Assembly (NCBI GenBank): GCA_964187785.1
Contig: OZ076415.1
Location: 49,476,001-49,540,000 of the forward strand
Length of the DNA stretch: 64,000 nucleotides
Direction of reading: 5' to 3'
Origin: Amphiscolops sp. MND2022
Lineage: Eukaryota
The translations under genes were made by a program, and so were the position numbers. Position 1 is the first letter of the stretch. Every line of letters starts with the position of its first letter. Below the pieces are notes generated by a model that saw nothing but the letters and a program-made list of their open reading frames with translations, ran no database searches and was not told the DNA's origin. Below, piece after piece: positions 34,183-47,700 of this stretch.

Positions 34183-36691
34183 TCTCATTGCGAATAATCC
34201 TCATCAAACTCCGTTTATAACGAAGTGAGGGCTCATATGTTGACTGAGCTGATCAAACTCGGAAATTCATTTCCTACTAGTAATGTGTTGCTCTATCACA
34301 TCCCGAATTATCGAGGCCAGGGGTTTGATTTTGCGTGTTGAATTTTTGATAAAAGTAGACTCTGAACACAATTTACATTCATTTTTTTAAACTTTATTAG
34401 AATATGCGGGTTTGTTGGAAATCTTGCCTCCTGCTTTATAGCTTCATTTCCACAATGCCGTAACCGATCTAAATGTAAATGTTGCTAGCTGCCTTGTACT
34501 TGATTTCTTCCTTTTTCTGACCTATTCGAATTTTAGCGTTAAAGTTGTGCATTTTTGCTAATACAGTTATTCTGTTTCATGTTCATTTAGTAAATTCATT
34601 TGTTACACAACCAGCTTTTCACTGGATTTGCTTATATTTTATTCAATTCAACCTCTGAATAAATTTCAAAGTATTTTAAAGCTTCAGATTCAGGGTTGTA
34701 TAACTATTTAATCAGGTTTGTATGTATAACTATTTTAACCTGTTTTATGCAGAACTTCAACTATGAAATTCAATGCTATAAATTTTAATTTTGGAACCAT
34801 TAACTCAATTTTTAGCGCTTCTGGCTGGTTTTAGAATTCATAATTGCAGCCATAATATTCATTTTCTGGCTAGGTACTGCAAGATAATGAGGTAATTTAA
34901 AGTTAAATTAAAAAATTTAAAAAAAGATTAATGTTAAAATGAAAGTAGATATTAATAAATTTATGTAGCATTAAAACCGGTAATCTCTCCAACACTTCTT
35001 CCTATATTCTGGAAGCCCTATTTCATCGGCTTTTTACCTATAAAGTATCGTTTCAGTTTTTTTAACAGTTTCGATAGAATATTTTTCCTTGCATAACATT
35101 AGTGGTAGGCTGTTCCACAAGGGTATAGTTCTCACGAAGTAACTATTTTTCATGAAAGAACTTTTTGCTTGACAACCGCGACTAATTTCCTTTGTCCGTG
35201 ACTGCGTTTTTATCAGTTCAGTTATTTCATTTGAGCTCTTGAAAGCAGGTAGTAAGTTATTCTGATATTTCCAGAAGTAGGTGACTGCTTTGAGATCTAA
35301 AAGACTCTGATCGGAAAAATATTGTGCCTCATTTTTAGATCACTAGAGGAATCAAACTTTCTTCGGTTGAAACAATCTTCTACACCCCAATTTAGTTGTT
35401 TCTCTAGGGTTGTAATTAAATTTTGCGAAATTCCATTAATTAATATTGCTGGATAATGTATATGGCTAATAACAGAGTTGAGTACCATTAGACATGTTTT
35501 ATCTGGAAGAAATGATTTCACTGAGTATGACGTTTAAATACCACATGCCATTTTATTTAAAATATTTTTCACTTCATACTGATATGTCAAATTTTGAGCT
35601 AAGTATATTCCGAGATATTTCACAAACGAAGAATGCTTCGTCAAATGATTTCTAACACGAAATGTTAGGTTTTTTGTAGAATTGTTTTTAGATCTTTTAC
35701 AAAAAATGAAAATGAGTTTTACTCTCGTTGAGGTTTAATGGATGCCTTTCAAAATAGTAAACTAAGTTGGCAGCATTAGTTTCAAGTTGACTTGTGGCAG
35801 TAATGAGACATTCATTGGAGACAAAGAAAAGTGTCATCTGCATATTGAACCAGTTAACATGGTTTTTGGATTGCATTCCGCATACTATTAACATTTAGAT
35901 TAAATAGAAGAGGACCGAGAATAGTACCTTGTGGAACACCCTGGTATAAGTCAATCCAATCAGATGATGTCTTTTGGAGAACAACTTTTTGCGTTCTGTT
36001 ATTCAGGTTACTTTTAATTAAACAGATAGCTATTTGATCGAACCCTAAATTTTAGAGTTTTTCCATAAGAATTTCACGGGAGATGGAATCGAAAGCTTTA
36101 GATAGATCGAGAAAGGCTGCAGCTACCAATTTGTTATCAATATCAGATCTTATTTTTCCGTAGCATACAAGAAAGCATCTGTTGTCGAGTACTTTGCTCT
36201 GAAATCAAATTGAATTTGGCTTAGAAAATTATTCCTTTCGAGATGTTCTAGGTTTTGATTGGAAATAACTTTTTCAAAAACTTTCGATAAGGCTGAAGTT
36301 ATTGATATGGGTCTATAGTTGTTTTGTTCTTTTGCATCGCCATTTTTGTATATTGGTATTACATGAGCTCTTTTAAGATGATTTGGAAATTTTCCCTTTT
36401 CAAGAAATGCATTTATCAGAAATGTGAGTGGTTCAGCAATGACGTTTAGAGAGTCTTTAAGGAATACTAGATGGTCCAAAGGGTTTCTTTGTATTTAAGC
36501 TCCTCGCTAATTTGCATTCATACAGAGTTATCAGATGAAAAGCAAATTTTGGTAAGTTAGGGATCGGAGAAATATTAAACGTTTCTTTGAAAAATTTGCA
36601 TTGCCCAATAAAATTGCCCAGTTTTGAAAATCTATAATTGAGGAGGTTTGCTACTTTCTTTTGATCTGTAACAATATCTCCAAAAACATTT

Positions 36692-37181
36692 TTAGTCGGC
36701 GCTTTTCTTTTAGTCGGCGAAATGAGTCGAATATAGTCATGGCTTTTCGTCAGTGTTTTTTTAAAGACCACCTGGACTGACCAAAATAGTTCTACAAAAG
36801 TTCTACCAAATATTATTGCACCAAATTGCACCATTTGGCCTAGCGAACTGAACCAAAAAGGTTTTTCCTGTTTTCCCGTGTAACATGCCATACCGGACGA
36901 GACCAAAGGGTCCCCTTTTTCAGTTTTTATGGCATTGTGAGACTTCCGGAAAAAAATTTTCCCCAAATGGTCCCCCTTCAATTTTTTGCTGTTTTGCGAC
37001 AGAATGGATGTTGAAAACCCCCTAAGTGTCCTCCCTTTCAGTTTTTTTCGGCATTGTGAGACTTTTCCAAGAAATTTTTCATAAAAGGGTCCCCAACTCA
37101 CCAATACTTTCACATATTGAAGTCCTTTTGCTATTTTTGAGCCTTAGATATGGCGTCGACTTGGGCCGGTCCCGGCTTGTT
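36692..37181 (+). mobile_element. HINE/DINE-1-like element inserted in a T-run of the LINE ORF2
   Basis: Removing it restores the LINE peptide TVIPSLKNVFGDIV. No TSD. Same termini as the other HINEs. Confidence 0.85.
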
Positions 37182-38039
37182 TAGAGATGGGATGACAGTT
37201 TTGGTTCTCAGTAATTTCGTTCCTCAATTATGAAGTTCCATTTTTGTCGTTCATTAGTTAATTCGAGGAAATATTTCGATATATTTTCATCGCGATCTAA
37301 ATTAAGATTACAAATAACTTGCTGTTGTATGTCTTCGTATTTGCAGTCATTTGAATTCATATCTTGCTTAATATTGTTATAAGGACGTTTGGTCTCAGTA
37401 GAAACCCACTTCTGATGATTGGTTAGATTACTCTTGTCAATGCGGATAAAAACTTTTTTGATATCGATTTACGCAAGGAATTTTCCATAAAACTTGCTAA
37501 TATTGATAACATTCCCTCATGACACGTTTGTCCATAAAAGTATCTCCAGTTACAGTTACCCAGTAAGTTTTGAAAAAATTCTTTTTCATATGATCTTTTA
37601 TCGTAGATTTCTTTCATGAAAACGTTTGGCGATGGTTGCAATTTAATGTTACTAATTACAGAAGTCGCAAAATGATCAATTGGTTTGTTAGCTGATGCAC
37701 GGAATCGGTGTAAGATACAAATGATGAAAAGGAATGAATGAGCATTGTAGTGATCCGTGATAATATATTCTATCAATGACTCCGATTTATTGCTTATTCT
37801 GGTTGGTTGATCAGTATTGATTGTTGCTAACCCATAGGGCAATATAACAGTCTCACGATCTTCTCCTTTCTTTCAAATAATTTATGTTTTAGTCGCACAT
37901 CATTGTCAGTGGTTTATTTTTGACAATTGCATGATCAATACTTAGGGATAACTCTTCAAGAAATTGGTGGTAATATGCTTTCTTCGGATTGTAGCTAATA
38001 TTAATCAATTGCTTCTGCCTATTGGAAGTACTATTATTG

Positions 38040-38324
38040 CACATTACGAAGTCAATGTGCATTGCAGTCCAGCTAAGTAAGTTTTTTTCCACAATAGTCA
38101 ACTTCATAATGAGCGCCTTTTAGAAAAAAGCCAAAACCCCAGAGAGATTCGAACCTGCAGCCTCCCGATTGCACGGCATAAGTGTTGACCACTGTGCCAT
38201 AGGGACGTTATTGAAAAAGTTGAACTGTTGAATATATACGCATGCGATTAAAATAATATATATACACATCTTAAAATAATCGATGTCTTCGTCATTTGTT
38301 GCGAAGCACCGCTTCGCCTCTGTG
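38040..38324 (+). mobile_element. Helentron-like element with hairpins at both ends and an internal tRNA-like cassette
   Basis: Removing it restores the LINE peptide WIECSLNNNSTSNRQ. 5' hairpin GCACATT/AATGTGC, 3' hairpin GCGAAGC-ACC-GCTTCGC. A-box, B-box and T6 run on the minus strand at 38124-38206. Confidence 0.75.
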
Positions 38325-40052
38325 TTCAAGCTGCATTCGATCCAGAGACTTTCAGAGAGTTCTTTATTCAGATAGTTTAAATCGTTGCGCGTTTTGGGAT
38401 TGAGGCTTGCAGGAATTATTAGCATTACTCCACCAATTTCTCCATTTGGTGCTTCTTTATCAGTCCGAAATGTTTTGAAATGAGTTGGGCTCATTTGCCA
38501 TAACTTCTTGTCATCGCTGGTGTTTAGCCAAGATTCTGGAAAACCAAAAATGGTGTTTGCACCAATATCGTTGATGAGATTTTCGAGTGTCGATCTTTTT
38601 TTTCAGTAGACTTTGTGCATTTAGGTGGAAAAACTTCCAACTCTTATTGTTCTTCTTGAACAAGGTTTAATACTTGAAGTTTATTAGAGGTCCTGGATTT
38701 ACTTCAATGTCGCCGCTCAAAGAGAGATTCCATTGAAAAAACACGTTGAATGTGGTTCGTAATCTTAAAAATAAGGAATAACTAGAATCGCCGATTGATG
38801 TTTGTTTCAAAATTTTCCAAAAAAGGAATATTTTTTTAATTAGTGGAGAGATTACGGATATAAAAAATTATTATGCTCAAAATGTTTGCACTTGGATCTC
38901 AGTTCGTATCTCATTGGGGATTGTCCATTTATTGGTTGCACAGGCATTTCTTTTGATACTAATGACTTAAGTATTAGACCAGAAAGAATGAAAAACTTCA
39001 AGCTTTTTCATATTTTCAGGTTAGGAATGCCCGTGCTCCGATTGAAGTTGAACATCGTTCAATTCAGTTGTCACACGTCGCCCATATAGTGGAATGTGGT
39101 CTGTGGCTGATGATGATAGTATTGATATTGATTCCTGTGTATATTTCGGGTACTTTGTATTTTGTTTCCAATAACTTGAATTTGGGCGATAGCAGTTTGT
39201 ATTGATTCGGGGCAGATTATTAGAATACCAGGTGATGTATTTCATTAGGCTATTTCGTATGAGCGGTAAGCCCAGCTGGAAGTTGGAGTGAATGTCATCG
39301 AATTATAAAGTTTCCGGTTTTTCGAAGGACTTGCTTGTTCAGATCGATTATTTGAATATTTTCATCTCCATAATGCCCATGAAATAAGTTGTTCCACTTC
39401 TCAATTCTACCATTAGCGATTTTGTTCCTCTCAAATTCGCAGTGTTGGAGTCTCGCATAGGAATAATATCGGCTGGAATTTCTGGATGGCTTCTGTAACT
39501 AGAGCTTGGAAGTTTTCGAATAGTTCTGAGTTATTTTTTTCCCGATTTTCGAGAATTGTATTTGTTCCGCCTTGAATCGTCAAAGATTGCAAAGGCCTTT
39601 CCACTCTATAATTACGTAGATTTTCAAGTTTCTGACTACTAATAGATTCCGAATGAGCATGAATTTCTACATCGTCGGGCAAGGACTTATTGGGTATTCG
39701 TTTTATGATACTTGAACCATTTATCAAATTTTCGGTATTGCTCTTGACTGGGAGGGGGTTCATTGGTTTTACTAACTGTTTTGACACCTGTCCTTTTCGG
39801 TTTGGTATTTTGTCTTCATTGAGTTCTTTATTCTCTGTAGAAAAATTGAAGTTTTTAACTAACAATTTGTTGGTGTCGTCCATTCTTGCAAACAATTGGG
39901 TAAGTAGCATCTTCAGGGAATCCTGCTCGTTTTTTTGCTGATAAAGGTCGGTGTAAATCGAATATGATTCTTTCTTATGTAATTTTTCATAGGTTTCAAA
40001 AGATAACATTGTCGATAACTGTTATGATGATTGTTCGTTTCAAAGCACAGGC

Positions 40053-40510
40053 TCAATGTTTTAATTTTGCATGAAGAACTTTATTTCTTTTTTTCGAGTT
40101 TTTAGTTTTTTTTCGAATGTTGAAGTTTCCGGTAAGTCGCATAGTGCCGAAAAATGTGAAAGGGGGACCCTTTGGGATTTTTTGAACATCCATTCTGTTG
40201 CAAAATATCAAAAATTGATGGGGGGAACAATAAAAAAATTTCGGAAAAATATGAGAATTTTGAACAGTCTCACAGTGCCGAAAAAAAGGGGAAAGTCTCA
40301 GTGTCGAAAAAAGTGGAAAGGGCGACCCTTCTGCTTTGGAATGGCTTTTTATCTCATGTTGGAGGCTTTGGATGCGTTGAAAATAAGTACTAAGTACATA
40401 TGGTAAAAGTGCATTAATGCACAAAAAGTGTAGCGATCGCGTTGAACTGACGAAAAAAACTAGCCACTGTAAGAGTCGGGATTGTCTTCGAAAACGCCGC
40501 GACTAACAAA
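40053..40510 (-). mobile_element. HINE-family element (partial)
   Basis: Shares the family core (TAAGTCGCATAGTGCCGAAAAATGT...GGGGGACCCTTTGGG) and the GCGACTAA subTIR end. Confidence 0.55.
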
Positions 40511-41706
40511 AGGTAAGTTTGGATTTTGACAGTTGTGGTATCCACCAAGGGTCTTCTTTAACCCTCCTGAGCTGAAAAATTTATTAGTTGGAGCAGCCAG
40601 CAGTAATATTTGAAGTACGTTTTCTTAGAATTTTGAATTTCAACCAACATTTTTCAAACGCCTCAAACATATCAAACCTTTCAAACTACTCTACGTTTAC
40701 GATACTGGAGTTCTCACAGGTGACACGTTTTGAAATAATAACTTTTATCTCTGCGTGAGCTGAATTATATTGAAACACTAAACTCAACTTTTTTCAAGTC
40801 AAGAAAATCTTTTGTTTTGGTTCAATACTTCCAAACTATCATTTAATACTAATTTTTCTGCGTCGGCCGAAAAATTTTAAAACAGTCAACTGTCGTTTCT
40901 ACTTTTTTCTCACTTTGTTTGATGAATCAAAGATGGAGGCAAATATCTAACCCTTTACAAGACAACTCTTGAATGCCGAATTGTTCATCATTCAACATCT
41001 AAACTTAAGTTATATGCCCAGGTAGCGTCAACTTCTTTCGTTGAAACTGTGAAGTTGAAGCTGTCATGTATGTAAACAGGAAGCTTGAGAGATGAACTGA
41101 ATTCCAAATTCATTTTTGTTTTCTGACCCTCAATATTTACATTTCTATGTAATGAAGCAATTTGTAAGTCGTTAGGGAGACGCACGAAATCTTGTGCAAC
41201 CTGCTACAAAAAGCAGAAGACAAGGTCTCAAATTTTGCGGAAATGATAAATATATTTCCCCTAGAAAAGAAATAAATTTCCCCCGAAAAAGAAATATCCC
41301 CTGGAAGTTTATTACACTTTCAGAAGTATCGAGCTTCCAAAATGCTTTGATATACCTTCATCAGCAGGTGATCCTTTTTACCTTCATTCAAAAATACTGA
41401 ACCTTTCTCTAAGCTAATCACAGTATAAGGTCTTTCTGAACTAACTCTTTATCTGTTGGTATTCCCAGAAGTGACGTATGAAGTTATTGAATCGATTTTA
41501 CTACAAATCACAGCGCCGATAAAATATGAAATTTCAAAATTGTAAGATTCTGTGGTAGCAAATCATTTTGAAAAATTGCATCAATGTTGAATAACCTTTC
41601 TTCTTGTTCATGTTTATTTTCTGTATTTTGTATTGCTTTTCAGATAGCTAGTGTAGACAAAGAAATTTTGCCCACGGAACCGTATTACGGTAGAAGCTCA
41701 CGAAAA

Positions 41707-44700
41707 ATGCCTCGCAAGTGGGGCAAAAGCAAGGTGAGTCATTATTGACTTGGATTTGAAGTATGAATATGAATCAATTAATCATTATCCAACATTTAGA
41801 TCTTGCATTTCACAGTTCAGAACGTCTACTTCAAGGCTAGTGGGGAAAACGAAATGAGAAAAATTTTAGAAGGCTTTAACCCTAAATGGACCATTGGGAC
41901 GTATACGTCCCAGTTAGTTTCTGCAATATTCTAAACGAACCAGCTGACCGTATGTTAAAGAAAACTCTTGAATAAGATTCTCGGACAATTTTACATAGCA
42001 ATGCATGCGTTTTCACGGAATATTGACTTGTTGCCTCCAAAATCAGGAAAACGGGACCAAAAAATCAAAAAAAAGTCAGCGCAGATTTTCCATTTTTTCA
42101 GTTTTCGCTAATGACCACTTTATCCCACTGGTTTCAAGATTGGGTAAAAGTGGCCCCAGCATGTGTTGAAACATGCTGAAATGCAGTCAGAAACACGAGG
42201 CGTGCAAAGTTTTGGCGCAAAGTCCGGAGCCAGTGCGGCGAAGCGGGACCCAGCCCAGCAGTTCAATATTTGATTTGAAAGCCCTGATACTCTTTACGTT
42301 CGAACGCGCCATAAACCGTTTGTTGGACCTGATTAGTTTAGGAGATATTGCGGTCTAAAGTTGAAGCACCAGATTTTTGGATGGATCCGGAAATTTCCTG
42401 GTCCATTTAGGGTTAAACTTGGGTTCCAACATGCAATCAGAAGTTTCAAAACTTCTGTAGATCTGTTTGTTGTAGATCTCAATTTAAAAAAGGATCTTAT
42501 TTTTACAGCATCAGCATGAAACAGAAAAGACGGTTTGTACAAAGCCTTCCTGTCTATTTCAACATTTTGTTGAAACTCCTGGTTTAATAGTGTACAAAAT
42601 CCACGTGTTGTTCTGGGCGGAAAGAATTTTATTCTGAATTCTGAAATATCACTTGTTCCTGAAGAAGTCGAGTTTCACGTTTCCACGTTATTATGGTAAA
42701 AGTAATTTTGGTCAGGAAAAGCCGTTTTTTTGCGGAATAGCCGTTATTAATTTCGAAATGATCTTGCAAATTTCTAGTTTTCTAAAAGCCTTACTTTTCA
42801 TTTTGTTTGCATGTGAACTCAACAGAATACATCAAATTACTTTTGTTCATTTTGCACGTTGCCGATTCAAAGTTTTGCATGTTTTCATCCCAGCTTGTTT
42901 TTAGCCGGCGCTTTATGGAATAAAACGCTACTGTTACTGACTTTTGGTCGTGTTTTTTGCCATCCGCCCGAAGTGACCATTTTATCATAATGCCGAATGC
43001 CAAATTTTCACGAAATTCCTGCAAAATAGCAAATTGTTCGTTCAAAATAGCAAATCCTCCCTTTCAAATTTGACAAAATTATGTGCATTGAGCGACTTTA
43101 TGGAATTTTTTTGCACAAAATTCTTCTCGCTCTGGTTTATTGGACGTTTCCGGTGGGAGAAAGTTTTGGTTTCTGATGATTCTAGTGGGAACAAAAGCGA
43201 AAAAGCCCTTTTAAATTTTCAGTTACCGTGTAAAATTATAAATTTTTTTGACTCCATCATAGTACTTAATTGAGGCATGTTCCGAGCTTCGAAATAATTT
43301 ATTGACCCCTCTGTTTCAACATTTTTGTCCAATTTACAGTTTCCGTTGTTTTTTATATTTCATTCAAATTGAAAAATGCTGGGTTTCCATGAGCAACAAA
43401 GATGTGTCAAGCGCTATGCGAAACTTCGTTTACAAGCAAGCATCTCTGCAACCAGCAAGCCTTATCGAAATCATTTTTCCTATTTCCCTCACTTTAAGAA
43501 AGAACCTTGTTTTAGTTAGATCTCTTAATATAACCGCAATACTTAGATTGAGCTCCACAAAAACATGCCAGATTAATCAAGTCACGGCCATGGCATGCAC
43601 CGTTGTTCTACTTACAACCTTCGCTCCTTGTTACACTTACAACCTTTACTCGCACTCTAACTCATCATCCATCACAAACACAATCGAGTTGAATGACTAT
43701 ATTGTCTTCATTTCCAACTATCCGTTAAAAACTCTGAAACCGCTATCTAATCTGTGATTCGAAAAAAATTGTTTCATCTTTTTGTCAGTTGACGAATTTA
43801 GGATTCTTAGTACTGTAGAATCTGTCTATTTTGTATCGTCAGGGACCAATTAAAACAGTACGAATAATGAAGAAGGTTCTCAGATACATACGAGATGAAC
43901 AAAGATGTCTAAGTCTGATTTCATTCCTCCAAACTTTCAGTTGATGTATTACTAAAATCTTTAGAAGCACCTCGGTTGTCATTTCTCTGATTGTCTCCTT
44001 TGCGTGAAATATTTTGTGGAATTGATTGCTACTATTCCGGTGTCTTGTGCTAATATGAGGTTTCGTTCTGCTCTCAGTTTAGAAGTCACTGTTCAGAAGC
44101 AGAGGTCTTTTTTCATGAAAATCTCCGCTTCAGGACCATTATTGGTCCCCGAGAGCATTGAAGACTCCTGGGCCTGTAAAGTCGGGCATCGGGTGCGCAG
44201 AAGCCGTAAATTGAAACTATATCAGCAGGGGTACGAGAAGCGAGTTTTCAGGGAATTTCATTGGAACTTCATCTTTACTTCCGGTTTTTTTCCAGCTGTC
44301 TTAATACACTGTAGAGTGTCTGTGCCTAAAATTGATAGCACATGAGCTCTCACTGTTTCACACGCGCATTGAAACCCTCCAAAACGTTCTGGGCTTATTT
44401 TTTTCCTGATGTTCCGTTTTATCTTCTTTTTTGTTTTTTCCCCTTGTCAACCTCTGAGGAATAACTTCAAATTTCACAATTATCAAGAGGCTCCCTTCAA
44501 CCGGGCAACCGCCTTTTGGGAGTCTTTTCTGGCATCGATTTATTCTTTTGGTGTTTTTAATTTGATGATATTGATTGTAATGTTGCCAGATAAATTAAAT
44601 TATTATTTTAGAGAATTTTAGAATGGTCCCTTGTTCTGGGAAAAAGTAGTTAGCCTGTAATGTTGAAATGTTTGGAGTTTACTTGGTGATTTTGGAATGT

Positions 44701-47700
44701 TTATTTGGCACCGAAAAACTGATCCAATTGATTAATATTTTGGGAGAAGCTTTCTGTTTTTAGTTTCATTTACTAACGCCATAACAATTAGCATAGGTTT
44801 GAGAACTGGCGCAAGATATAAATAGGTAAAACGGGAAAAGGTTTTGGTTTTATAGCGGAACCAGAGTAGTCTGGGCAGCAGTGAGGAGATTCAAGCTGGA
44901 CTCCTCAATGGGCAACCCGGAGGTGGAGCTCAAGACCCCCGGAGAATGACGCAAGAAATCACCGTGTCCACAAGCAGCTCTGTGGACTTTGCCATGGGTG
45001 ACATCAGCACCTACGGCGAGGAACTCTCACACATGAAGGGCGAGAACCCCGCAGACTTCGAGATACTGCTCAAAAGAGCTTTCGTAAGTGCAATGTATTT
45101 AATTGACTATTTAAATATAGCTGATTGAGACATTCGAAACAATATGCAAGCTAATGTGAATGAGCTTCTGTTTTGCTGATGTCTCAAATAGACAGAATCC
45201 ATATTCGTTGGATTGGACTGTTACTCAGCTACTCCACATGCCCTCATTAGAAACTTACCAACCTTCCGCGATTATTAGTATTATTATATTACTATTATAT
45301 TGCAAATATTATATTCGATAAAAATCCAGAGGTATATCTTTGTAGTAGGAAAATTGAGAAAAAAGTATTGCCGTTTTCCCTATTTTAGTTGGTGGTTTCG
45401 TTAGAAAACGCAGACTAGTAGTTTTTCAAACCATCGAAGAAAAAATCTTATGTGATTAAGTTTTAACAATAGTGTCCTTTTGCTTATCTGAGAGGCTTTA
45501 CGCTTTTGAACCATGGGCCGTTCCCGGCTTGTTTGATAACGTATATAACGATAAAAATGCAATTTATCCAAATGCTCCGAATTAGGTCGTGTGAAGAAGC
45601 GGTGGAATTGACCTTTTTAAAATTGCCCTCAAGGAATCATATATGAGTTTACACGTGAACTAGGTTTCAGATATGTAGAGACCTGTAAAAGTACAAAAAA
45701 TCTAGTTATCTTTTTTGTTGCAGGAGAGTATGAATATCGATCCGAAGAAAGTGAAAACGACTGGTTTTGACGATGCCAAGTTTGTGTTGGCCTTCTGCAA
45801 GTCGAAAAGAAAAAGCCCATCGGCCTTGTTGAGTGAGATCAAGGGAACAAATGCGTCAGAGGGGGCGGGTGTAGATGATGACAAACAAGAACGAAACAAC
45901 CCAGAGTATTTCCGCAACAAATTATGTCTTCTCAAAAACAGCTCCATCGTTGAAGTCAAGGACTTACTTCAGAAATTGTCAAACCATCTTCGATACTGTT
46001 CAGTAGAGTTAGTCATTTTCATGTTGGCACCACTGATGGATCTTTTAAACCCTAAATGGACCAGCAACATTCCGGATCCATCCAAAAATCTGGTGCTTCA
46101 ACTTTAGACCGCAATATCTCCTGCACTAATCAGGTCCAACAAACGGTTTATGGCGCGTTCGAACGTAAAGAGTATCAGGGCTTTCAAATCAAATATTGAA
46201 CTGCTGGGCTGGGTCCCGCTTCGCCGCACTGGTTCTGAACTTTGCGCCAAAACTTTGCACGCCTCGTGTCTCAGACTGCATTTCAGAATGCTTGAAAACA
46301 TGCTGTGTCTACTTTGACCCAATCGTGATACCAGTGGGATAGATTGGCCACAAACGAAAACAGGAAAAACGTAATATCTGCACTCATTTTTTTTGATTTT
46401 TGGCCCCGTTTTCTGAATTCTGGAGACATCATGTCATTATTCCGTGAAAAGACGTGTAATGCTATGTAATATCGTCTGAAAATTTTATTCAAGAGTTTTC
46501 TCTACCATACGGTCAATTGGCGCGTTTAGAAGTTTGCAGAAATTAACTGGTACGAAATCGTACCATGGTCCATTTAGGGTTAATACCCAATCAAAAGATC
46601 AAATTTAACGTCAAATTTAACATTAATTAAAGAAGTGAAACCTGTATAAATGACTAAACCATTTCATTTTTCCTTGAAATAATATTATGACCTTCTCTGC
46701 AGTTTCTAATACAGATTATCATTTTTCAAATTAGTTGTGGTGATTTTAATAACAGCAACTGAGATGCTTCTTGTAACTCCGTAGATGCAAAATGTGCTGA
46801 GAAAGACTGAGAAGATAGTTTTACTGACACACTATTTTCGTTAGCAACTTTTATCCATTGAATACCTCGATTTTTGGCAACAGTTTCTGCAAAAATCAAT
46901 TTCATGGATCGAAATACAATTTGGGTGTTCAGGTCAAGATTTTCAATAGCAAAAAGCTATTGCATGGCCGTTGAAGTTTGAAATAATGGCCATACGTATC
47001 GATTCTCTATGATGTTTTTTAAGTTCAATAGATTTCTTTGTGGTGTGAATAAATAACTTAAATAGGAATCGAGTTTATACTTGCGTAACGTTTCAGCTGG
47101 ATCAAAACGTTCGGAGAAGACGGTCTGCTGGGCTTAATTGGAGCTTTAAAGTGAGTTGCTTCCTCATTCTGGGACACAATTGTAAAAAATGTTAGACTTT
47201 CAAGGTTGGTTTTGAGAAACACGAAACAGTTATTGATTGCTATGAGCAGTTCATAAACATTGAAGCTTTCCCTTAAAATGGAAGATCTTTTAGGTTGACT
47301 TTCGACTTGGCGAAAGATAAAAATAAAGATGAGAACAAAGTTCACGAAGACCTGTGCCTCAAAGGCCGTTTACATGCGATGAGAGCCCTGCGCAACATGT
47401 GCAATTGCAAAGCGGGACTTGTGGTATTTTTGGAGACGTTCGGATCTGTGACAACGCCCATTAGCAACGACGCCAATGCCGAGCGCAAGAGGGAGCGACA
47501 TTACCTGAATTTGGGATACATTGTGCTGTGTCTCAGCTGGGACCTGAATAATACAGTCAAAATTGAGCTCAATCTAGAAGTGATGCAATTTTTGGCTGCC
47601 TTGATGGGAATTACTTTGAATAAAGACACTTGTTTGTGAGTAACTTTTGTAATGCATTTTATCATTCAGGAGTTTTGAGCAAAATTTGGCTAATTATTTT

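Larger units (their letters stand above)
34900..40020 (-). mobile_element. Degenerate CR1/L2-group LINE with esterase-type ORF1
   Basis: RT fragments NYRPISITSALSKVFEK and QMTLFF (35297-36480). APE fragments GGVMLII, SLWIECS and ISYNP (37420-38700). ORF1 remnant with LTIQGGTNT and a downstream DDIH (39290-40009). Confidence 0.8.

Noticed and set aside
38124-38206. Functional tRNA gene (also 29762-29835, 49212-49270, 52990-53085)
   Set aside because: Acceptor and anticodon stems do not pair properly and all lie within repeats.
41300-41365. Minus-strand CUGAUGA...GAAA as a second hammerhead
   Set aside because: Stem II is poor and there is no stem III or NUH cleavage triplet.
43302-43757. 151-aa ORF in a formin intron
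   Set aside because: No domain similarity visible, low-information composition, and not phase-linked to neighbouring exons.
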